Virus record (IMG/VR): IMGVR_UViG_3300008255_000060
Location: 1-38,513 of that record
Strand: one strand, 5' to 3'
DNA: 38,513 nucleotides
From: a virus
Taxonomy: Duplodnaviria > Caudoviricetes
Position numbers and translations under genes: made by a program. Of this stretch, positions 1 through 7,816 are shown piece by piece. How positions within the stretch are numbered: position 1 is the stretch's first letter; the number at the start of each line of letters is the position of its first letter. The notes beneath the pieces are model-generated. The model was given only the letters and a program-made list of their open reading frames with translations, did no database searches and was not told where the DNA came from.

Positions 1-123
1 AACACGTCGCGCGGCTTCGGTATCACCGGCCGCCTGACGGGCACGAGCGGTCCGGGGTATAGCGTGAGCGCGTCCGCGTCGACGGGGAACGTGACCCTTC
101 GCGCGGTCGGCGCTAATTCCTTC
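1..123. repeat. Terminal direct repeat, copy 1 (circular assembly overlap)
   Basis: 1-123 is identical to 38391-38513 (aacacgtcgc...aattccttc), and a reading frame runs through the junction. Confidence 0.95.
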
Positions 124-2613
124 TGGAGTGAGGACTTCGACGCGAACCTGATCGGCTCCGCGACCAAGGCCTTCGGGGGCTTCGCCGCGGGCACGGCGTA
201 CCGCCTGCGCGTCCAGGTCGTCGAGAGTGACCCTGCGGGCACGAGCACGGTCCGGGCCCGCGTGTGGGCCGCCGCGAGCGCCGAACCGGGAACGTGGGAC
301 CTGGAGGCGACCCTCGTCCAGGGCGCCGGTAGCATCGCGCAACAGGCGCGGTACACGTCCGCCGCGGGCCCGGTCGGCTTCTTCAACGGCGGAGACTCGG
401 AAATCGGCGGCGGCCTGTCGCGCGGACGGTCCTACGCGGTGTCCTCCTTCGTGGTCACGAGCTCGGAAATCTCGGAGTACCCCCCTCCGGCGCCGCCGTC
501 TCCCCTCCCGGAGGCGGCCCCCGTCGGCGAGCTCGACTCGCCCGTGACCGTCCGCTTCCGGGAGGAAGTCTCCGGCGTCTTCGCCGACCCCACTATCGAG
601 GCGAGCTTCTTCGAGCTCGTCAACCTCCCTCTGGGGAGCCTCTATACGCTCGGCGACCAGCTCTCCGGCGAGCCCTGGTACACCTTCGCGATCCGCGACC
701 GAACGAAGAGCGGCGGGATCGTCTCCTACGTCGGCGAGACGCTTCTCGCGCGCCTCGGCCGCGCGAACCCCCGGGAGAGCCTCGTCCTCGTCGCCGGTCA
801 GAACGGCGTCCCCGACCCCCTCGATCTTCGCGAGTGCCTCCGCCGCTTCCTCGTCTACTACGGCGTCCCCTTCGACCCGGACCTCCCCGCCTTCTACCTC
901 CGGGCGGGCGATACCGTCGTCGCGCCGACCGTCGAGGCCTTCGTCATACAGCCCGACCAGGAGAACCCCGACTCGATCTTCGAGCACCTGGAGGCCTTCT
1001 TCGGCCCCTTCCGGGGCTACACCTGGCGCGCGAACGAAGACGACGAGCTCGTCGTCACGCCCCCCTCGTGGCTCGACTCCCTCGGGCTCCCCTTCATCCT
1101 CTACCGCCGCCGCCTCCCCCGCGCCTACCTGACCCGTGACTCGATCCTCCTCCCCTGGGCGTACCCCGACCGCGCGCCGGGCGTCGCCTACGTTGCGACC
1201 GTCAACGGGGCGCCCTACTCCGGGACCATGGCGAGCCCCGCTCTCGGCTCCTTCTCCGAAGTGACACTCGGGCCTATCACCTTCCGGGCGACCTGGGCGG
1301 CCGACGGCGAGGAGCTGGAGCTCGAAGCCCTCGGCCTCCCCGCTGGGCCGAGCGACTCCTTCCTCTACACCGCGACCTTCACGGCGACCCCGTCCGGCGC
1401 CGCCGACCCCGCCTCCCTCCTCGCGCTCTCGGACGACGACCTCGCGCCGGACAACATCGAGACGACGAGCTCCGACTCGGTCATAAACCAGGCGACCCTC
1501 GGCGTCCGCGCGCGAACCTTCACGCCCGGACAACAGGTCATGCAAGCGGCCGCCGCCGTCCTCCGGAGCCCGACCCAGCTCGCCGCGGGGCTCTTCGGGA
1601 ACAACCCCGAATATGGCCCGATGGCATGGGCGCCCGACACGCCCGCGGGCTTCCTGGAGCTCGTCAACGCGAACGCCCAGGAGGGCACCTTCTTCTGGCC
1701 GGTCGATCCGGGCGTCGTCGCGGAGCCGGGCGCGGGCATCACGGTCGAGTGGGACGTCGAGGAATGGGTCGAGAAGATGGACGACCTCCTCGTCGCCGAC
1801 GGGCCCGCGGAGCTCGCGAACAGCTACACCGGCTCCGCGAGCCTCCCCGCGAACGGGACCGAGGTCAAGCTCTGGGACTTCGTCTTCCCCCGGCAGAGCT
1901 CGAATTTCGTCGTCGGCGCCTATGGCGCGAAGGGCTCTGTCTGGGGGCGATGGAGACAGGACGCCGAGAGCCCGGGGATCGAGCTCCGCTTCGGCGACTC
2001 CCGGTACGTCGAGTGGGGCTACGACGCCGTCTTCCTGATCTTCGGCTCCACGCGGTACTACCTCTGGGGCGTCCAGGTAAAGCTAAACGGCCTCGGGACG
2101 ACCTTCACGACGGGCGACCTCCAGACGTACCGCTTCGGCTTCACGCGCGCCGACGACGGCTCGTGGGAGGGCGGAGCCCTCGTCCCCGGGCTCGCGACCT
2201 CCCAGGCGCTCTACCCCGCGCGGGCGTACACCGCGCCGGAGCTCCCGTACGCCGTCGACGCCGCGACCGCGCTCGCGCTCGTGCGCGGGATCGTCGAGGA
2301 GAACCTCACGCCGAAGACCGTCTATCAGCTCCCCATCCGAGCCGCGCGCGAGGATGGGTACGCCTTCACGCCGCGCAACGTCGGCCGCGCGGGCTCCGCC
2401 CTCGGCCGGACCGGACGCTTCGTAACCCTCGACTACACCGAAGCCCACTCGGCGAGCGGGACGACGTCGGCTCTCGTCGCCGAGCTCGAAGTCGCCCAGC
2501 CCCCCGAGGGCTCCCCTGCCGCGGCGACCGGCTTCGCGCTCGCGATCTACGGGAGCTCGAAGTACGGCGCCGCGACCGCGAGCGCCGCGGAGGGCGACGA
2601 TGGGCTCTATTGA
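1..2613 (+). CDS. Large minor tail / tail-tip protein, 3' part of a 953 aa gene starting at 38142
   Basis: Open frame from base 1 to TGA 2611-2613, in frame with ATG 38142 across the junction; lies two genes after the tape measure; beta-rich composition. Confidence 0.7.
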   Translation, partial: NTSRGFGITGRLTGTSGPGYSVSASASTGNVTLRAVGANSFWSEDFDANLIGSATKAFGGFAAGTAYRLRVQVVESDPAGTSTVRARVWAAASAEPGTWDLEATLVQGAGSIAQQARYTSAAGPVGFFNGGDSEIGGGLSRGRSYAVSSFVVTSSEISEYPPPAPPSPLPEAAPVGELDSPVTVRFREEVSGVFADPTIEASFFELVNLPLGSLYTLGDQLSGEPWYTFAIRDRTKSGGIVSYVGETLLARLGRANPRESLVLVAGQNGVPDPLDLRECLRRFLVYYGVPFDPDLPAFYLRAGDTVVAPTVEAFVIQPDQENPDSIFEHLEAFFGPFRGYTWRANEDDELVVTPPSWLDSLGLPFILYRRRLPRAYLTRDSILLPWAYPDRAPGVAYVATVNGAPYSGTMASPALGSFSEVTLGPITFRATWAADGEELELEALGLPAGPSDSFLYTATFTATPSGAADPASLLALSDDDLAPDNIETTSSDSVINQATLGVRARTFTPGQQVMQAAAAVLRSPTQLAAGLFGNNPEYGPMAWAPDTPAGFLELVNANAQEGTFFWPVDPGVVAEPGAGITVEWDVEEWVEKMDDLLVADGPAELANSYTGSASLPANGTEVKLWDFVFPRQSSNFVVGAYGAKGSVWGRWRQDAESPGIELRFGDSRYVEWGYDAVFLIFGSTRYYLWGVQVKLNGLGTTFTTGDLQTYRFGFTRADDGSWEGGALVPGLATSQALYPARAYTAPELPYAVDAATALALVRGIVEENLTPKTVYQLPIRAAREDGYAFTPRNVGRAGSALGRTGRFVTLDYTEAHSASGTTSALVAELEVAQPPEGSPAAATGFALAIYGSSKYGAATASAAEGDDGLY

Positions 2614-2667
2614 CCCCCGCTTCGGGAAGAGCTCGGCCGCCCGTATCCTGACCCAGGAGGCCCACCC

Positions 2668-3552
2668 GTGAGCATGACCTATCGCCCCTTCACGCGCGCC
2701 GCGGACCTCCCCGCGAACGGGCAGGGACAGAGAACGGTTCTCGAAGCGCACCTGGACCTGACGAAGGAGACGCTCGGGAGCGTCGTCGAGCGCCTGGTCG
2801 AGGCGACTTTCTCCTCCGGCGGCGTGGTCGTCGCCGGGACCGTGACGAACCCGTCGGCCGCGGTCGTCCAGGTCGTCGGGAGAATGGGCGTCTCCCAGGA
2901 CGTGAAGACGGTCCTCGCGGTCGGCTCTCAGACGGTCGACCTCGCCGCCGTCGCGACGTCGACGAAGTGTCTCGTCATCATCCGAGCCCAGTCGGGGGGG
3001 GCTCAGGACTTCACCTTCACCGACGCGACGACCGGCGAGGTCATCGTCCACTCGATCATGACGAACTGGGGGCACCTCGACGTGGTCGAGGGCGACGCGA
3101 CGGACTACCCCGCGCTCCCCGCGGACGCCGTCGCGGTCGCGGAGGTCACGAAGACCGGCGCCGCGACCCTCACGCTCGACTCGGTCATCACGGCCGCGCC
3201 GACCCCGCGCTACACCGGGCCGACGTCCGCTCCGGAGCTCACGGTCAACGCCCAGACCGGGACGACCTACACCTTCGTCCTCGCCGACGGCGACGGGGAG
3301 ACGCTCGTCACCTTCGACAACGCGGGCGCCATCACCGCGACCATCCCCGCTAACGCGAGCGTCCCCTACCCCGTCGGGACAATCCTCTCCGGCGCCCAGC
3401 TCGGCGGCGGACTCGTAACCCTCGCCGGGGCTACGGGCGTCACGATCAACGGGACCACGCCCGGCTCCGAGGCGAGCGCGGGACAGTGGAGCTCGTGGAG
3501 CCTCGTCAAGCTCGCCACCGATTCATGGCTCGCCTCTGGAGGGCTCGCGTGA
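2668..3552 (+). CDS. Minor tail / tail fibre protein (294 aa)
   Basis: AGGAGG RBS before GTG; Thr/Gly/Ala-rich; C-terminal VNAQTGTTYTFVLAD segment typical of phage tail fibre domains. Confidence 0.65.
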   Translation: MSMTYRPFTRAADLPANGQGQRTVLEAHLDLTKETLGSVVERLVEATFSSGGVVVAGTVTNPSAAVVQVVGRMGVSQDVKTVLAVGSQTVDLAAVATSTKCLVIIRAQSGGAQDFTFTDATTGEVIVHSIMTNWGHLDVVEGDATDYPALPADAVAVAEVTKTGAATLTLDSVITAAPTPRYTGPTSAPELTVNAQTGTTYTFVLADGDGETLVTFDNAGAITATIPANASVPYPVGTILSGAQLGGGLVTLAGATGVTINGTTPGSEASAGQWSSWSLVKLATDSWLASGGLA

Positions 3553-3911
3553 CCCACCCCCGGATCGTCGCCTTCTTCGCCCTCCTCTCCCTGGCCCTCT
3601 CGGCGTGCGCGCCGGGGGCCTACCGCGCCTCGATCCTCGACGACAACGGCGGCGCCCAAGCCTCCCGGCCCGCCTTCGAGGTCCCCGAGCGCGCCCAGCC
3701 GGAGCCGCCGACGAGCTCGCCGCCGGTCATCGGCCGCCCCGTCGAGCCGAGCCCCCCGAGGCCTCGCCCGCCGGTCGAGCCGCCGCCACCCGCCGCGGAG
3801 CCCGAGGCGCCGCCCGAGGTCGGGCCGACCTGCCGCGTGATCGAGCTCCCCCCGCCCGCCCGCTGGAGCCGCATCATCAAATGCCCGGGCGAGCCCGCGA
3901 GGCGCGAATGA
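3549..3911 (+). CDS. Proline-rich lipoprotein (120 aa)
   Basis: GTG 3549 overlaps the upstream TGA; signal peptide ending in lipobox LSAC; Pro-rich mature region with two further Cys. Confidence 0.6.
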   Translation: MTHPRIVAFFALLSLALSACAPGAYRASILDDNGGAQASRPAFEVPERAQPEPPTSSPPVIGRPVEPSPPRPRPPVEPPPPAAEPEAPPEVGPTCRVIELPPPARWSRIIKCPGEPARRE

Positions 3912-3952
3912 CGACCACGAGGGGCGCACCGCGCCCGGAGAGAGGGTAGACC

Positions 3953-4369
3953 ATGGCAGCACGACGAGACGAGCGCGGCGTCTTCCGCGAGGAAGTCCAG
4001 AGCGTCCAGCGGGGGAGCGTGGAGGTCGCGGCCGCGGTCATCGCCGCCGCCGCGAGCCTCTCCGGCGACGTCGACCTCGGCGGAGACGGAGCCCGCCAGC
4101 TCGTCGGCCTCCAGCTCCCCGCCGCCTGGACGGCCGCGTCGCTTACCTTCGCCGTCAGCGCCGACGGCGAGGCGTACGTCCCCCTCTTCTGGGGCGGGGC
4201 GGAGTACACCGTCGAGGCCGCGGGCGGGGCGGCGGCGAGCTCGGGCGTCAGCCTGGAGCCCGCGGCCTTCGCCTCGTGGCCTTTTGTCAGGGTCCGCTCG
4301 GGCACCGCGGCCGCGCCGGTCAATCAGGCCGCGGAGCGGACGCTTCAAGCCCTCACGAGAGCCGTCTAG
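3953..4369 (+). CDS. Hypothetical, probably virion beta-sandwich protein (138 aa)
   Basis: Purine-rich RBS, genome-typical codon use, position among tail genes. Confidence 0.6.
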   Translation: MAARRDERGVFREEVQSVQRGSVEVAAAVIAAAASLSGDVDLGGDGARQLVGLQLPAAWTAASLTFAVSADGEAYVPLFWGGAEYTVEAAGGAAASSGVSLEPAAFASWPFVRVRSGTAAAPVNQAAERTLQALTRAV

Positions 4370-4371
4370 CC

Positions 4372-4893
4372 GTGTCAAGGCTCTTGACGATGCTCCGCTC
4401 GCACGGGGGAGGCGCCCCCCCGCCTCCGGTGGCCGAATACGGCCTCGTGAGCATCGCTCCAAATACGACCTACAACAATTCCTTGAACCGGAACTTCGGC
4501 TGGGGCTTTACGGTCGGGGCCTCCGATATCGCCCTGACGGGGCTGCGCGTCCGCATCCCCTCCGCGATAACGGCCGCCGCGAGGCTCTACCGGAAATCGG
4601 ACGCCGTCATGCTCGCCGAGAAGTTTATCGCCGTCGGAGCGGGCGCGGTGAGTACATGGGTCGAAGGGGAGCTCGACGCGCCCGTGACCCTCGTAGCGGG
4701 CACCGAATACGTCGTCGCCATCAGGGCGCAAACCACGATAGCCCAGCGCGACAACCCAGCTACAACCGCCGTTTTCAGCGACGCAATCACGCTCATGGCG
4801 GCGACCTCGTGGCTCATCGTGGCCGACACCATGCCCACGAGTGGGTGGGGGGCGAACATCATGGGCCTGGTCGACATCGTCTTCACGCGATGA
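4372..4893 (+). CDS. DUF4082-like carbohydrate/receptor-binding protein (173 aa)
   Basis: GTG 4372 just after TAG 4369; GWGFTV..ALTGLRV..TWVEGELDAPVTLVAGTEYVVAI resembles the DUF4082 pattern (judged by eye). Confidence 0.55.
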   Translation: MSRLLTMLRSHGGGAPPPPVAEYGLVSIAPNTTYNNSLNRNFGWGFTVGASDIALTGLRVRIPSAITAAARLYRKSDAVMLAEKFIAVGAGAVSTWVEGELDAPVTLVAGTEYVVAIRAQTTIAQRDNPATTAVFSDAITLMAATSWLIVADTMPTSGWGANIMGLVDIVFTR

Positions 4894-5453
4894 TGGGCGC
4901 CCCGGGGCAAATGACGACCGGCGAGCGCATCGCGCGGAGCGGCTGGGCCGTCGTCTTCGGGGAGGCCCCAGAGCCCCGGAACACCCGCGGCGTGGTCGTC
5001 GCGGGCCTCTGCCTCGCCCAGGTCCGCCTCGTGGTCGAGCACGCGCTCTACGGCGGCCGCTGGGAGCTCTACCCTCGGCACCTGACCCACCGCGCGAGCG
5101 ACAAGCCGCCGCACGCGAAGGACCCCTGGGCTCGCGACCTCGAAGCCTCCCTCCGCGCCCAGGGCCTCACCGGAGCGAAGCTCCCCCGCACGGGCCCGAA
5201 GAGCGACCCGGATCGGTACGTCGACCTCGACCGCGCCGCGAGCGAGCTCCAGCCGGGCGACCTCGTCTTCCGATGGGACACCGCGAAGAGCGACGGCGTC
5301 TACATCGGTCACGTCGCCGTCTACCTCGGTCACGGGCTCCTCCTGGAGAACGCCCGCCCCGCGTCGCGTCCCCAGCTCCTCCAGCACCGCGGACCCACGC
5401 TCCTAACCCCTCTCGGATGCTGGCCCGTAACCACGGTCGCCCGCCTTCCGTAG
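4890..5453 (+). CDS. Endolysin candidate, NlpC/P60-CHAP-like cysteine peptidase (187 aa)
   Basis: ATGA overlap; GLCLAQV (catalytic Cys), LQPGDLVF and GHVAVYLG (catalytic His) motifs; followed by membrane proteins. Confidence 0.75.
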   Translation: MMGAPGQMTTGERIARSGWAVVFGEAPEPRNTRGVVVAGLCLAQVRLVVEHALYGGRWELYPRHLTHRASDKPPHAKDPWARDLEASLRAQGLTGAKLPRTGPKSDPDRYVDLDRAASELQPGDLVFRWDTAKSDGVYIGHVAVYLGHGLLLENARPASRPQLLQHRGPTLLTPLGCWPVTTVARLP

Positions 5454-5471
5454 CCCCAAGGAGGCTCCATC

Positions 5472-5981
5472 ATGCGCGCCGCCCCCCCCTCCCTCCTCGA
5501 CCTCGCCCACCGCTCCACCTGGAGGAGCGTCCTCGCCTGGGTCCTCCTCCTCCTCGTCTTCGCGCCGCTCTCCGGCGTCGCGCGCGCCCAGGGCGTCGCG
5601 CCCGAGGGGGAGCCGTGGCAGCTCCTCCCCGACTTCGTCCGCCTCGGAAGCGACCCGCTCTTCTTCGCCGCGTGGCTCTCCGGCCTGGTCGCGTGGCTCC
5701 GGAAGACGACCATCGGCTCGAAGCTCGACGGAGCCGTCCGCGTCGGCGCCGTGACGGTCGCGGTCGGGATGGTCGCGGGCGCCGCCCTCCAGTACGCGAC
5801 CCTCGTCGTCTACGCGCCCTTCGCGGCGTGGACCTTCCCCTGGGGCGGGCTCGCCTACGGGGCCTTCTGTGCCTCCGGCGCCGTCTTCGGCGTCTCCCTG
5901 ATCGTCTACGTCGGCGAGAAGCTCCTCACGAAGCGCGCCGCGCCGGTCATCGTCAACGTCCCCCCCCAGGTCACGCGATGA
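5472..5981 (+). CDS. Multi-pass membrane protein, holin-like (169 aa)
   Basis: AAGGAGG RBS; about four hydrophobic segments; directly follows the endolysin candidate. Confidence 0.6.
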   Translation: MRAAPPSLLDLAHRSTWRSVLAWVLLLLVFAPLSGVARAQGVAPEGEPWQLLPDFVRLGSDPLFFAAWLSGLVAWLRKTTIGSKLDGAVRVGAVTVAVGMVAGAALQYATLVVYAPFAAWTFPWGGLAYGAFCASGAVFGVSLIVYVGEKLLTKRAAPVIVNVPPQVTR

Positions 5982-6274
5982 ACGTCCTCCGCCGCCTGAT
6001 CCTCGCGGGCCTCACGCTCGCCGGAGGCTTCGCGCCCGAACGCTGGAAGCCCATCCTCTACGGCGTCGTCTTCGCCGTCGGGCGGATCGACCTCCCCGAG
6101 GGCGACCCGCGCCTCGCGAAGCTCGCGGAGACGACCGCCGAGCTCATAGAGGACGTCTCGACCGCGCTCCAGGAGACGGACGCGAAGGTCCTCGAAGCCC
6201 TCCGCCTCGCCGCCGAAGTGAAGGCTACGCGCGCCCTCGCCGACCTCGGCTTCCTCCCAGGAGTCCGCCCATGA
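5978..6274 (+). CDS. Hypothetical membrane-associated protein (98 aa, MNVLRRLILAGLTL...)
   Basis: ATGA coupling at both ends; hydrophobic N-terminus and helical C-terminus. Confidence 0.6.
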   Translation: MNVLRRLILAGLTLAGGFAPERWKPILYGVVFAVGRIDLPEGDPRLAKLAETTAELIEDVSTALQETDAKVLEALRLAAEVKATRALADLGFLPGVRP

Positions 6275-6645
6275 ATCGAGCCGCCGCCCTTCTCGTCGTC
6301 CTCGTCCTCGCGCTCGCCGCGTGCGCGCCCGCCGTCTCGGTCGGGCTCGATCCGGTCGGAGACGGGACGGTGGTCGCAACCGCCGAGGCCGCCTCGGCGC
6401 TCTATGGCGCAAACCTCGCCCTCGTCAACGCCGCGACCGACGACGCCCGATGCGTCTCCTTCGGCCTCGACGCCGGATGCGTCCTCGGCGACCTCGAAGC
6501 GGGCGAGCTCGCGACGGTCGTCGTCCGGCTCTCGCCCGCCGCGCCGCCAGACGCGGTCATCGGCTGTCAGCTCTTCGGCTTCCTTCGGCCCGAGCGCGAC
6601 GTCGGCTCCTACCGCTTCTTCCCCTGTCGGGCCTCGCCGCGGTAG
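6271..6645 (+). CDS. Lipoprotein (124 aa), possible outer-membrane spanin-like
   Basis: Signal peptide with lipobox LAAC; four further Cys; lies in the lysis cassette. Confidence 0.65.
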   Translation: MNRAAALLVVLVLALAACAPAVSVGLDPVGDGTVVATAEAASALYGANLALVNAATDDARCVSFGLDAGCVLGDLEAGELATVVVRLSPAAPPDAVIGCQLFGFLRPERDVGSYRFFPCRASPR

Positions 6646-6679
6646 CTCTTCCGTCTGGGAGCCCACCGTAGGGTAGCTC

Positions 6680-7048
6680 ATGCCCTTCCTGGACCCCCAT
6701 AACCGGGACCTGACCATCCTCGCGTTGGGAGCCGTCCTCGCCGCCGCGATCCGGCTCGTGACGTACGGGGCCTCGGTCAGGACCCCGAAGCCGACGATCC
6801 TAGAGGTCGCGGCGGAGGCTATCGGAGCCGCCGTCGCGGCCTTCGTCTTCGGCGCGCTCCTCATCGCCTACTACACCGTCCCTCCGGAGTTCTACTGGGG
6901 GCTCTCGGGCGTCGCGGGCCTCCTCGGCGGGCGCCTTCTCCTGATCGGCGCGCTCGCGGCGGAGCGGCGCTTCGGCTTGAAGGGCCTCACCGAGCACGTC
7001 TCGCGTGACCTGGACGGGAGGGATGATGGACGCCCTCCTCGGTCCTGA
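6680..7048 (+). CDS. Holin-like membrane protein with 3 TM segments (122 aa)
   Basis: Three hydrophobic helices and a charged C-terminal tail; TAGGGT -10-like box 5 nt before the ATG. Confidence 0.6.
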   Translation: MPFLDPHNRDLTILALGAVLAAAIRLVTYGASVRTPKPTILEVAAEAIGAAVAAFVFGALLIAYYTVPPEFYWGLSGVAGLLGGRLLLIGALAAERRFGLKGLTEHVSRDLDGRDDGRPPRS

Positions 7049-7292
7049 CTTCGCGCTCTCGGCCGCGCGCGGGACGGTCCTCGTCCTCGCGATCCTCGCG
7101 GTCCGCGTCGGCGTGCGCTTCCGGCGGCACTGGAGCTACCTCGTGGGCCCGGCGCTCCTGGCGCTCTACACGGCGGGGCAGCTCGTGGCGCTCGTGGCGA
7201 CCCCGGGGGAGGCCCAGCTCTCGAAGGAGGGGGCGGCGTTCTTCGACCTGGGCGTCGCGGTCCTCTTGTACGCCGTCGCGCGCTCCAAGTGA
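7023..7292 (+). CDS. Small membrane protein (89 aa)
   Basis: GGAGG RBS before ATG 7023/7026; three hydrophobic segments; ends just before a hairpin. Confidence 0.55.
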   Translation: MMDALLGPDFALSAARGTVLVLAILAVRVGVRFRRHWSYLVGPALLALYTAGQLVALVATPGEAQLSKEGAAFFDLGVAVLLYAVARSK

Positions 7293-7293
7293 G

Positions 7294-7326
7294 GAAGCCC
7301 GGGCTCGGGGGAGCTCGGGCTTCTTC
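7294..7326 (+). terminator. Intrinsic terminator-like hairpin ending the late/lysis operon
   Basis: GAAGCCCGGGCTC-gggg-GAGCTCGGGCTTC stem (one G-U pair), followed by TTC. Confidence 0.65.
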
Positions 7327-7417
7327 GGTACCCCGGACCAGGGGGCGACGCGGCGCCACCGTGCGCCGTCCCTGAGTATGGCACGCGCTCGACCGCCGGA
7401 GAGCGTCACCTGGCCCC

Positions 7418-7448
7418 CTTGACGGGGCGTCAAGCCCTCGCGTACGCT
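7418..7448 (+). promoter_or_regulatory. Promoter-operator element 1
   Basis: CTTGAC-ggggc-GTCAAG (7418-7434); -35 TTGACG, 18 bp spacer, -10 TACGCT. Confidence 0.75.
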
Positions 7449-7489
7449 TCGGGGGCCTCCTAGACCAGGGGGCAGAACGGAGCGCCACC

Positions 7490-7816
7490 ATGGCCGCCTC
7501 AGCGCCCGCCGCCACCCGCCCCGAGCTCCCCGTCGAGGAGCGACCCCTCCCCCCAGTCCTCCGCCTCCGCCTGATCGAGGTCCTCGGAGGGCACGCCCGC
7601 GTGCGCGTCTCCCTCGCGCCGCGCGTCGGCCTGACCTTCGCGCACGCGGGCGAGCTCGTCCTCTCCGTCCAGGACCTCCGCGAAATCGGCGCCGCGGGGG
7701 GCTTCGAAGTCGAGGCGCTCCTGGAGCACGACCGCGCGCCGGGCACCGCGGAGAGCGCCTTCGTCGGCCGCGCCGACCGCGTCACCTTCCCCGAGCTCTT
7801 CGAGCGCCACTCGTGA
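7490..7816 (+). CDS. Hypothetical protein (108 aa)
   Basis: GGAG RBS; stop overlaps the helicase GTG; typical codon use. Confidence 0.65.
   Translation: MAASAPAATRPELPVEERPLPPVLRLRLIEVLGGHARVRVSLAPRVGLTFAHAGELVLSVQDLREIGAAGGFEVEALLEHDRAPGTAESAFVGRADRVTFPELFERHS

Noticed and set aside
2610-2649. TTGACC plus TATCCT as a -35/-10 promoter
   Set aside because: The spacer is 28 bp; at most a -10-only promoter, too weak to call.
4372-4893. Diversity-generating retroelement target in the variable tail genes
   Set aside because: No reverse transcriptase gene and no template/variable repeat pair seen.
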